This document shows positions 10,144 to 19,120 of a DNA stretch of 64,000 nucleotides, piece by piece; the first letter of the stretch is position 1; each line of letters begins with the position of its first letter. Under the pieces are notes generated by a model, which did no database searches, had not been told where the DNA came from, and saw only the letters and a program-made list of their open reading frames with translations. The position numbers and the translations under genes were made by a program. This stretch comes from Thermoproteota archaeon (lineage in GTDB: Archaea > Korarchaeota > JAOZGF01 > JAOZFZ01). The stretch lies in the NCBI GenBank assembly GCA_027492035.1, contig JAOZFT010000004.1, forward strand, positions 448,001-512,000. Reading direction: 5' to 3'.

Positions 10144-10479
10144 GATACGCCCCCAAAAAAGGTCTCAAAATTCCTCCTATATATAAAAAAAGGGAATCCT
10201 TTAAAAATTTTGGAAGAGCCACTTACCATAAATTTTTCCATGGTTAAGAGTTAAGCAGCTGGCAATTTTAAGAAAGTTTCATTTAGTTATTAAAAAGCTC
10301 TCTTGCTTGTTACGAGGGAGTGGGTCATGGAAACAAGGGGACATTTAAGCCATCTGTTCCTTATCCTTCCTTTCCTCAAGTACATTTTGGTAACTGTAAA
10401 CCTGTACAGCATTAAATTTTTAAATAACACTTTTGAAATATTCCTAAGAACAAGAACTTACCTCAAAAACATAGAAAAT

Positions 10480-10606
10480 GCACCGGTAGTCTAGCCAGGA
10501 AGGACTCCAGCCTGCCAAATCAGGCACTTGCAGAACGCTGGTGACGCGGGTTCAAAATCTATAAAGAGTGAAATACTCTTTATGGATGAAATTCCCGCCC
10601 GGTGCA
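10480..10606 (+). tRNA. tRNA-Gly(GCC) with two introns (10518-10535 at 37/38; 10557-10592 at 59/60); CCA not encoded
   Basis: Acceptor GCACCGG/CCGGTGC+A; anticodon stem CCAGC/GCTGG with loop CT-GCC-A|C; T-stem GCGGG/CCCGC with loop TTCAAA|T after intron removal; BHB-type junctions at both introns. Confidence 0.92.
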
Positions 10607-11125
10607 TTTCTTTTTTCTTCTCTCTCGCTACTTCCATTTAACCTTTTTAATGGTTCCGCCAATAAATTTATCCTTGGAACCTTTGTATAGGCTGCTGAAT
10701 TTTTCTGCATCCTTTTCCTTCCTTATAGTAAGAAAGAATAACTCCAAAAATATTGTTCATCTTATGCAAAGAAACTCAGTTGCGGTAGCTGAGTTCAGAG
10801 AAAGGTACAATTAATAAAGCAGTATAAGGTGAAATGTATAACATGACTGTTAAACAAGTAAGGTTCTTCCCGTAACATGTCTCCAATGAACTCTTAGGGT
10901 TATGCAACTTTTTGGAGGAGGAAATGTTGCGGAAGTTGTTTTTTTGAAGTTGATAAATCAATTCTTTTGGCACTACTTTTAAATAGTACTTGAATGGTTA
11001 TGAAAGGGAAAGTTTTCTTATTTTCATAAGAGAAGTTAAAGGATTGGAGGTGTGATTACTCTATTTTTAAAAAGCTTCTTGAAAAGTCTCTACTTTCTTT
11101 GTTTCCAAAAGTGTTAAAATAGTTT

Positions 11126-12850
11126 TTGGAGGTGTTTTTATTGGGGGGAGAATCAAAGGTTGACGGTAATAGAAATGGTTACGTTATAGTTACAGCTGCT
11201 TTGCCCTATGCTAACGGTGAAATACATTTGGGCCATGTTACTTCTACTTATTTGCCTGCCGACATATTTAGCAGGTACCTTAAACTCAAGGGAAGGAAAG
11301 TGCTTTACATTTCTGGAACTGATGATCATGGCACTCCCATCCTGATTCAAGCTGAGAAAGAAGGAATTCCTCCTGAGGAATTAGTGAGGAAATGGCTTTC
11401 AAGGGATATTGAGGATTTTTCTAAACTTGGTATAGAATTCAGTATCTTCTATAAGACTCATTCACCCGAAAACATTGAGTTAACCCAACGTTTTTTTGAA
11501 AACATTTATAAGAAAGGATTTATTTTTAAACAAGAAATTGAGCAATGGTATTGTGGAAATTGTAAAAGGTTTCTTCCTGATCGTTACGTCGTAGGCACTT
11601 GTCCCTTCTGTGGTGCAGAGAATCAATACTCTGACGGTTGTGAAGTTTGTGGAAGGGCATTTCCTTCCTACATGATTAAGGAACCTAAATGTATTGTTTG
11701 TGGATCTACCCCTTTCCTTAAAGAAAGCATTCATTACTTTTTTAAATTGTCAAGTTTCTCAGACCAGTTGAGGGGGTGGTTGGTAAGTAATAGTAACTTG
11801 CAACCAGAAGTCAGAAATTATGTTCTAAAATGGATTGAGGACGGATTAAAAGATTGGGATATAACTCGAGACATCAGTTGGGGTGTTCCTATCCCTCTAA
11901 ATGAAAAAGATGCTGAAGGTAAAGTTCTTTACGGCTGGTTTGACAACCATTTAGGGTACATAGCTTTCACTTACAAATACTTCCGTGACCATATGGGGGA
12001 AGAAGTAGATACTAGAAAGATTTGGAATTCTTCAGTTATTTACCACTTTATCGGAAAAGATATTGTTTATCACCATTACCTATTTCTTCCAGCTATGAGA
12101 ATGGCTGAAGGGAGCTTTAAACTTCCAGATTACCTCCCTACCAGGGGGCATTTGCTCCTTCAAAACGAGAAATTCTCTAAAAGTAAGGGTTGGTACATTA
12201 GTTTAAGAAATTTCCTTGAAATCTTCCCGCCTGACTACCTAAGGTTTTACTTGGCTCTAACAACTCCCTACAGCCAAAAAGATGTAAATTTTGACTGGGA
12301 CGATTTTCAATTAAAACTGAACAACGAGTTAATAGCTAACATAGGAAACTTCATTCATAGAGTTTTAACCTTTACATACTCATACTTTGAAGGAATAGTT
12401 CCTGAACCTTCAGAAATGGAAGAACTTGACTTAAAATTTGTTGATGACTTAAAACAGGCAGTGAGGGATGTTGGAGAATTAATGGATGAAATAAAACTTG
12501 ATAAAGCTTTGAAGAGAATACTGGATTTCTCAACAAGTTGTAACCGTTACTTCCAATCCAGTGAACCATGGGGCAAGAGAGATAAAGGGAAAACATGTAT
12601 TTATTTATCTATAAACGCTGTAAGGACACTTTCAATTCTACTTTGGCCCTTTATCCCTTTTACAATAGAAAAATTATGGAATACCTTAAACATTCCTAAA
12701 TCCTTTAGAAACTCTAGTTTAATCAGTTGGAGCTCGGTTTCAGAACTAAAAATAAAGCCAGGCCATAAAATAAACAAACCTTCTGTGCTCTTTAAAAGGA
12801 TGGATAAGGAAATAATGGAACAGAAAGAAAAATTCAAAAAGAAACATTAA
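11126..12850 (+). CDS. metG: Methionine--tRNA ligase (no C-terminal tRNA-binding/dimerisation domain)
   Basis: ALPYANGEIHLGH, GTDDHG, Zn knuckles (CxxC), KFSKS. Confidence 0.96.
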   Translation: MEVFLLGGESKVDGNRNGYVIVTAALPYANGEIHLGHVTSTYLPADIFSRYLKLKGRKVLYISGTDDHGTPILIQAEKEGIPPEELVRKWLSRDIEDFSKLGIEFSIFYKTHSPENIELTQRFFENIYKKGFIFKQEIEQWYCGNCKRFLPDRYVVGTCPFCGAENQYSDGCEVCGRAFPSYMIKEPKCIVCGSTPFLKESIHYFFKLSSFSDQLRGWLVSNSNLQPEVRNYVLKWIEDGLKDWDITRDISWGVPIPLNEKDAEGKVLYGWFDNHLGYIAFTYKYFRDHMGEEVDTRKIWNSSVIYHFIGKDIVYHHYLFLPAMRMAEGSFKLPDYLPTRGHLLLQNEKFSKSKGWYISLRNFLEIFPPDYLRFYLALTTPYSQKDVNFDWDDFQLKLNNELIANIGNFIHRVLTFTYSYFEGIVPEPSEMEELDLKFVDDLKQAVRDVGELMDEIKLDKALKRILDFSTSCNRYFQSSEPWGKRDKGKTCIYLSINAVRTLSILLWPFIPFTIEKLWNTLNIPKSFRNSSLISWSSVSELKIKPGHKINKPSVLFKRMDKEIMEQKEKFKKKH

Positions 12851-13380
12851 ATTATTCCTAAAAGTTCAAGATACATCCTTTTCTCTATTTTATTCCTCTC
12901 TAAACCAAGCATTTCAAAAACTCTATAGATTTCCTTCCTCCCCTTCTCTATATCCCTCCTTTCCTTGCTTTCAATTTCTAAGAAGAAACCTAATCTATCC
13001 ACATAAACTATATCAACTATTGTGTTGTTTAATTCGTAGGTTCTCTGTTTCTTCTTTTTTATTCCTAACTCAATAAATCCAAGTCTCCGAAGGACTTTCT
13101 TCATCTTTTTAGGATCTGGAATTTCTAGTTCAACTTCCCTCTTAGCTTCATCAAATCCTTTACGCGGCTCTTTATAAGTTAAAAAACTTTTCTTTACATC
13201 CCCAGCCTTAACTTTCCTAACCCTTATCTCTCTCTTATTAGCGGTTAAGTTTAGTTTAGGGTGGTCGTAGTAAGTATCTATAATCTCTTTTTCCCCTATT
13301 TTCTTCCCGTTTAAATTCTTTATTTTTTCTTCAACCTCTTCAGGGTTTTCAAGCCAAGCCTTAATTTCTATTTCGTACAT
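12847..13380 (-). CDS. CYTH-domain triphosphate tunnel enzyme (class IV adenylate cyclase-like)
   Basis: N-terminal EIEIK, DTYY, IRVR, LTYK, FLEIE, YLELL. Confidence 0.9.
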   Translation of the reverse strand: MYEIEIKAWLENPEEVEEKIKNLNGKKIGEKEIIDTYYDHPKLNLTANKREIRVRKVKAGDVKKSFLTYKEPRKGFDEAKREVELEIPDPKKMKKVLRRLGFIELGIKKKKQRTYELNNTIVDIVYVDRLGFFLEIESKERRDIEKGRKEIYRVFEMLGLERNKIEKRMYLELLGII

Positions 13381-13383
13381 TCT

Positions 13384-14223
13384 TCACCACTTAACAATGT
13401 TTGAAAAATATTTCTCCCCCTCCGAATAAATTTGATACTTGTCATATCTTGGCGACCTGTGGACGAGAATCAATTTTTTAACATTTGCTTCTGAAGCTAT
13501 TTGTGCAGCGTCTTTAACAGTTAAATGTTTATACTCCTCTGCTTTATCTCTCCTATCCTCTAAATAAGTTGCTTCGCTGATTAAAATTTCAGCTCCTTCA
13601 GCAGCTTTTACCACATTTTCACAAGCCTCAGTATCCCCGGTGTAAACAACTTTTGAGCCAGGTGTTTCATAGAAATAATCCCTTATCTCTACTTCCCTTC
13701 CCCTTATTTTAACAGGTACCCCTTTCATTAATAGAGGAATGTACTCTTTAGGTATTCTATCTTCTTCAACTTTTTCCTTGTCAATGCACAGCATCTTTTT
13801 CTCCTCTATTATGTAGCCAAGGTTGAGTACTGTATGCTTCGTTTCAAAAGGTTTCACAACTACGTGTTTGAAGTTTATTTTTTCGTCAGGTTTAACTGTT
13901 TTCACTTCTACGTTCTCCCAAGTTTTTGTCTCTGCGATAAATAAAGTTACTTTGCCTTTAACTGTTTCGGGGCAAAAAATTTTGATTTTGTGATTTTTAT
14001 AAGCCATTCCTATGTAGTAAAGTAAGGAACCTAAACCATAGAAATGATCAGGGTGGCTGTGGGTAATAAAGACAGCGTTGAGACGGGAAAAACTAAACTT
14101 TTTCTTAACTAAAGCAATTGTTGCCCCGTCTCCGACGTCAAAAAGGAAGTTTAAACCGGTTGTTCTATACAGTATTGAAGTGTTTACTCCAGCTATTGAG
14201 TCACCGACTACTTCCACATGCAC
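13384..14223 (-). CDS. rnz: Ribonuclease Z (tRNA 3' endonuclease) family MBL hydrolase
   Basis: THSHPDH, flexible-arm region, YTGDT, SEATY, HLT, HRSPRY. The GTG at 14223 with GGTGGAG SD is preferred over the track's start at 14325. Confidence 0.82.
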   Translation of the reverse strand: MHVEVVGDSIAGVNTSILYRTTGLNFLFDVGDGATIALVKKKFSFSRLNAVFITHSHPDHFYGLGSLLYYIGMAYKNHKIKIFCPETVKGKVTLFIAETKTWENVEVKTVKPDEKINFKHVVVKPFETKHTVLNLGYIIEEKKMLCIDKEKVEEDRIPKEYIPLLMKGVPVKIRGREVEIRDYFYETPGSKVVYTGDTEACENVVKAAEGAEILISEATYLEDRRDKAEEYKHLTVKDAAQIASEANVKKLILVHRSPRYDKYQIYSEGEKYFSNIVKW

Positions 14224-14356
14224 CTTCTCCACCTTTCTCAAGCCAATATGGACAGAAAAACCTTTTAAAAAATAAGTCCTTGAGATAAAAAGGTTACAAC
14301 TCTTTAATTTTATTTCCTCCTTCAATTCCCCATAAGTATTTTTGAGGCGTACGCTT

Positions 14357-15697
14357 ATGAAGAAACAGGATTTCCTTTACCTTCCCCTTCTCCTTTTTAT
14401 GGGTTCCATTTTATTTTATTTTGCCAGTTTCACAGGTTTAACCTATGACGGTGGATTGTATGCCTCGCTCGGCCTCAGTCTTTTTTCTGGGGAGGGATAT
14501 GTTTTTAATGGTTTACCGGGTGATGTGCCGCCTCTTCTTCCTCTTCTTTTATGTTTAGGGTTTCTGTTGTTCGGAAGTGAAGGTTACCGCTATGTAGTTC
14601 CTTTCTTTTCCCTGATAGGGTTGATTTCTTTTTATTTAGTGCTTAGAGATAAAATGGATGAGAAAGCAATTTTGTTATGTGTTTTGATTTTCTTCTTTAA
14701 CCCTGTTTTTCTTGAGGTAGCTACGAATGTTGCTACTGACTCCCTCATTTTAACTTTCGTTTTCTCAGCTTTACTTGTTGCCGAAAAATTTAAAGTTTCT
14801 TTTAAAAAGTACTTTTTAATGGGTTTACTCTTCAGTTTCGCTTTTTTAACCAAATATAGCGCCCTCCTTCTCTTTGCCCCTGTTTTTTTCCTAGTTTTAA
14901 GGGATAATGATAAGAAAATTCTGGTTTCGCTTCTTGTTTCAACCTCGTTTATTTCACCATGGATTTGGTGGTGTTTAGAAAATTGGGGAGTTCCTTTAAA
15001 GTCTCATTCAACCTACCTCCTAAATTATTTGTTTATGAACTTTCCAAGGTTTTATAGGGTCATAATCCCTTTACTTATCAAATATTCTCCAGAAACTGTT
15101 TTCATCCTTGGTTCTATATTTTTCTCCCTAGAAACTAAACGTTCATGGAGGAGGGTTTTGAGGAATGAATGGTTTCAATTCTTAATTCTTCCCTTGCTCG
15201 CTGTAGCTGTTTGGAAAGATAAAGAAATAAGGTACTTGTTACTTAGCTTTGCGGCATTAACCGTGGGAGCTTGCAAATTGGTTGACATCTTCAGGTTGAA
15301 AAAGAAAATTTACCTGTTCCTGATTTTGCTTTTGGTTGCTTCTTTGTTTTTTCAAGCTAATCAAGGATTAAAAATAACCTACGGTTGCGCTTTAGATTAT
15401 AAACTTCTAGAAGATGCTGGTTTATGGCTTAAAAAGAATGTTCCGGGAAATGTCTCGGTTTTGACTCAGTCCTACCGCCAAATGCATTTCTTTTCAGGGA
15501 AAATAACTTATCAGTTCCCGAGAGATAAAAACAGGGTTTTCCGCTACATTAAAGAAAAGAATATCTCATACATAGTAGTTGACACCTACGAAAAAACAAC
15601 CCCCTCTTACGCCTATTCCTTGTTTAAAAACTTTAAAGTAGCAGCTTCTTTCCAAGATAAACATGGGAAAGTAATTATTTACTGCCTAAATCCGTAA
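14357..15697 (+). CDS. Multi-pass GT-C fold glycosyltransferase (ArnT/PMT-like)
   Basis: About 11-12 hydrophobic segments, YDGGLY first-loop acidic motif, PPLLP, LTKY, RYLL and a soluble C-terminal domain. Confidence 0.78.
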   Translation: MKKQDFLYLPLLLFMGSILFYFASFTGLTYDGGLYASLGLSLFSGEGYVFNGLPGDVPPLLPLLLCLGFLLFGSEGYRYVVPFFSLIGLISFYLVLRDKMDEKAILLCVLIFFFNPVFLEVATNVATDSLILTFVFSALLVAEKFKVSFKKYFLMGLLFSFAFLTKYSALLLFAPVFFLVLRDNDKKILVSLLVSTSFISPWIWWCLENWGVPLKSHSTYLLNYLFMNFPRFYRVIIPLLIKYSPETVFILGSIFFSLETKRSWRRVLRNEWFQFLILPLLAVAVWKDKEIRYLLLSFAALTVGACKLVDIFRLKKKIYLFLILLLVASLFFQANQGLKITYGCALDYKLLEDAGLWLKKNVPGNVSVLTQSYRQMHFFSGKITYQFPRDKNRVFRYIKEKNISYIVVDTYEKTTPSYAYSLFKNFKVAASFQDKHGKVIIYCLNP

Positions 15698-15705
15698 GAA
15701 AACCT

Positions 15706-17244
15706 TCATTTTTGTGCAAATAGGTATTTTGACCATTTCAGGTAATACCTCTTTATCACAGCATCCCCTGTGAAATCGTATAGTTCCTTTAAAAGTTTAA
15801 CATGGTACTGATGGTAATGAGGCTTCGCAACATTTCCTTTTGCATCATAAAGGGTTGTATTGTTGGAGTCATATTCCTTCAAATGTTTCTTTGCTTCATT
15901 AAACCCTTTCAAGAATAAATCATAAGCTTTCATGTTCCCTGTTTCGTTATAGTAAATATAAAGCCCTTCCAAAGAAGTTAGAAAACCGTTTAAGACGTAA
16001 TTTTTTGAACCTGGATACTCAGCAAACCACCATTCATGGTTTCTATCCGTCTCCCTTACCCCACCGTTCTCTGATTTAACATAAAAGCTGTTCAGCACCG
16101 AATCCCCTATCTCCAATAATTGTTCATACTTTGTTAACTTGTACGCATGCGCCAAAACTTCCAAATATAGACCTTGAGCCATTCCCGAAATCCATGGAGG
16201 ATTTAAACCCGCATAAGGGAAACGGAAATAATACTCTAAGCAGGTAAAACTTAACCCTCTTTTCCCCACATCCAGTACTGTTTTATAATCCTTAGTTAAG
16301 GCCTCAACTTTATCTATAGTTAATTCATTGCCTGTTATACTTTTCAAAATTATAAACTGGTTTATATACTCCCCTTCCATGCTCCACTTCAAGAAATAAC
16401 TTGGTAATTTGAATGAAACAGTAACCCATTGATTAGTTGAGTTACATCTGAAGAACCCTAAAGAACCGAATCCCCTGTTTGTTAATGTCTCAACTTCATA
16501 TTCTCCGTTGCCTTCATCCAAGAAGTAAATTTTTATTTCATAACTTCTGTTCCGTCGAAGTTTTAAGTAAACTCCTCCTTCTCTTCCTTCGTCTAAAAAC
16601 AGGGTTCTAACGGTTCTGTTCTGTAAAATGTAGGGTTCACTCCACCAATATCTTGGAAGGTTAAAAACTATGTGGTTCTCCCCTCCCAAATCATAGGCTT
16701 CCCACCTTAAAACTTGGTAATTTTTTAACCAGTCCAGCCCTTCAAAGAAAAAGGTTAGGTACTCCTTTCTATGCCTGTCGAGGTAGTCCTGGTAGCAACC
16801 TAGTGTAAACCAAGTAACTGTCTCCGGGTTGAATTCGAGTTTTTCCCTCCCTTCTAAATTATACAAAACGGCTAAAAAATTTTCATCATCTATTTTAACA
16901 ACTTCTTTTGAACTAATTATTGCTAATCCATGCCCACTTAAAGATTTTTCCCTCCACTCCTCCAATATCCCCTTCTCTTCTTCAATAATTTTTGTTAAGT
17001 TGGTGTTTAAAGACTCAGTTTTTAAAATATTTATTTTTCTTTTTAAAGAGGCCATTCCTTCTTCTAAACAAATCATCTTATTGTTAACTCTTTTCTTCTC
17101 CACTTTAACCCTTAAATATTCCATTTCATTTTCAAGTTTATTTATCCTCCCTCCAAAAAAGTAAAGTATCAGAAAAAATTGTAAGAAATTAAGTGAGATA
17201 AGGGTGATCACAAGCATTAAGAGAAATTTCTTGTTTAGTTTCAT
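15706..17244 (-). CDS. D-glucuronyl C5-epimerase family protein, N-terminally membrane-anchored
   Basis: PPWISGMAQG, WFAEYP, YVLNGF..SL.GL, YD...YHQYHV match the C5-epimerase C-terminal (GLCE) motifs; N-terminal TM helix and coiled stem. Confidence 0.85.
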   Translation of the reverse strand: MKLNKKFLLMLVITLISLNFLQFFLILYFFGGRINKLENEMEYLRVKVEKKRVNNKMICLEEGMASLKRKINILKTESLNTNLTKIIEEEKGILEEWREKSLSGHGLAIISSKEVVKIDDENFLAVLYNLEGREKLEFNPETVTWFTLGCYQDYLDRHRKEYLTFFFEGLDWLKNYQVLRWEAYDLGGENHIVFNLPRYWWSEPYILQNRTVRTLFLDEGREGGVYLKLRRNRSYEIKIYFLDEGNGEYEVETLTNRGFGSLGFFRCNSTNQWVTVSFKLPSYFLKWSMEGEYINQFIILKSITGNELTIDKVEALTKDYKTVLDVGKRGLSFTCLEYYFRFPYAGLNPPWISGMAQGLYLEVLAHAYKLTKYEQLLEIGDSVLNSFYVKSENGGVRETDRNHEWWFAEYPGSKNYVLNGFLTSLEGLYIYYNETGNMKAYDLFLKGFNEAKKHLKEYDSNNTTLYDAKGNVAKPHYHQYHVKLLKELYDFTGDAVIKRYYLKWSKYLFAQK

Positions 17245-17449
17245 TCAGAACCACTACTTTCTAGGAAGTAAATTTTTAAAAGGAAAGGCCTTTTCCCTGT
17301 TAAGGTTCTCACCAACAAAATTTTTGTGAATACCCCAATTCATTTAATTTAAAACTTATAAAGTCTACCTCTTTACGCCCCCCCCCTTATTTAAAAAAAC
17401 TGAAGTAAAGATTTTAATTAAAAATATTAAAGAAAGGAGGAAAGGAACA

Positions 17450-18937
17450 TTGCTTTCAACCAAACAAAATAAATTAATGGCTGTTTTGACAAAAAGAGGA
17501 TTCATTTTCCCTTCTTTCGAAATATATGGTGGAGTAAGCGGCTTCTACGACTACGGAGACCTTGGAACGAAACTTAAAAGGAAAGTCCAAAACATTTGGT
17601 ACAACTTATTTGTGGCAGAAGAAAATGCTTTCGAAATAGACACAAGGACCATTTTGCCGAAACCTGTGCTCCAAGCAAGTGGTCACCTTGAAAAATTCAC
17701 AGACCCTGTTGTGCAGTGTCAAAAATGCAGAGGAGTTTTCAGGGCAGATCACATAATACAAGATAAACTGGGAATTATTGTGGAAGGGTTTCCTGCAGAA
17801 GAACTGGATAAAATAATTAAGAAAAACGATTTAAGATGCCCTAAGTGTTCAAGTCATTTATCTAAAGTGACAGAGTTTAATTTACTCTTTAAAACATTTA
17901 TAGGGCCTGAGCAGAAAGAAAGAGAAGCCTTTTTAAGGCCTGAAACTTGTCAGGGACATTTCTTGCTTTTCAAAAGATTGTTTCAACTAAATGGGAATAA
18001 ACTACCACTCTTTGTTGCTCAAATTGGGAGATCGTACAGAAATGAGATTTCGCCGCGGGGAGGCCTCATAAGACTTAGAGAGTTTGATCAAATGGAACTT
18101 GAAATATTTGTTGATCCAGAAAAAAAGACTCATCCCAACTTTAAAAAATATGAAAAAGTTAAATTGAAAGTTAAGCCTCTTGATTCAGAAGAGAAGGAAG
18201 TAACTTGTAAAGAATCTGTAGAAGGGGGAATTGTTTCGCATGAACTAATGGGTTACTCCTTAGCCAAATCCAAAGTTTTCTTCAGAGAAATAGGAGTACC
18301 TGAGAAACATATAAGGTTTATTGAACTGTCAAAGGATGAAAGGCCTTTTTACGCCTTAGAAACCTGGGATACACAAATTTGGAGCGAAACATTTGGTTGG
18401 GTAGAGGTTACAGCTAACAACGACCGCGGAGCACATGACCTAGAATCCCACATGAGGGGAAGCGGTGAAAAATTAACAGTTAGAAATGAAGAAGGAGAAG
18501 AATTTATCCCTCATGTGATAGAAATGAGTTATGGGTTAGACAGGCCCATCTACTGCTTACTTGAATCTGTTTTTGTTGAAAATGATGGAAGGAACTGGAG
18601 CTACCTTAAACTAAATGGGAAAGTTGCACCTATTGAAGTAGCTGTTCTTCCCGTGGTTAATAAAGAGGAAATGGTTAAGAAATCTCTTGGGATATACAAT
18701 AAATTAAGAAAGAAATTTAATGTTAAACACTTGACAGGTTATGTTGGGAAGAATTACGCTAAAATGGATGAAATAGGTGTACTTTACTGTGTAACGGTTG
18801 ACGGGGAAACTTTTAAAAACAACACAGTAACTATAAGGGATAGAGACTCAAGGAAACAAGTAAGAGTTGGAGTTGATGAGTTAAATCAAATATTGGAAGA
18901 TTTAGTTTCAGGAAAGAAAAATTTCGAAGAACTATGA
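17450..18937 (+). CDS. glyS: Glycine--tRNA ligase (alpha2, archaeal/eukaryotic type)
   Basis: FEIYGGVSGFYDYG, LRPETCQG, RNEISPRGGLIRLREF, PHVIE.SYGLDR. Confidence 0.96.
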   Translation: MLSTKQNKLMAVLTKRGFIFPSFEIYGGVSGFYDYGDLGTKLKRKVQNIWYNLFVAEENAFEIDTRTILPKPVLQASGHLEKFTDPVVQCQKCRGVFRADHIIQDKLGIIVEGFPAEELDKIIKKNDLRCPKCSSHLSKVTEFNLLFKTFIGPEQKEREAFLRPETCQGHFLLFKRLFQLNGNKLPLFVAQIGRSYRNEISPRGGLIRLREFDQMELEIFVDPEKKTHPNFKKYEKVKLKVKPLDSEEKEVTCKESVEGGIVSHELMGYSLAKSKVFFREIGVPEKHIRFIELSKDERPFYALETWDTQIWSETFGWVEVTANNDRGAHDLESHMRGSGEKLTVRNEEGEEFIPHVIEMSYGLDRPIYCLLESVFVENDGRNWSYLKLNGKVAPIEVAVLPVVNKEEMVKKSLGIYNKLRKKFNVKHLTGYVGKNYAKMDEIGVLYCVTVDGETFKNNTVTIRDRDSRKQVRVGVDELNQILEDLVSGKKNFEEL

Positions 18938-19120
18938 ACCTTCACCCTTCAAGGGACGTGTAACCTTCCACAATTGAAACCTTTTTGGCAAGAAGTTCCA
19001 TGTTAGGTACTTCCTTCTTGAAAATATTTAAAAGAAAGACTTAGAAAAGTTTTTTAGACCATTTACTTTTTTTAAAAAACTAAATGAGAGGAGAAGGAAA
19101 AGAAGCTGTTAAGCACGGTA

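Noticed and set aside
10293-10385. Purine/pyrimidine-complementary stretch upstream of the tRNA with ACA triplets (possible H/ACA RNA)
   Set aside because: Only short G.U-rich stems can be drawn, with no K-turn/K-loop and no clear pseudouridylation pocket.
5478-18937. Apparent tRNA-Gly maturation cluster (rtcB, intron-containing tRNA-Gly, rnz, glyS)
   Set aside because: The genes are on mixed strands and separated by unrelated genes; proximity is plausible by chance in a compact housekeeping region.
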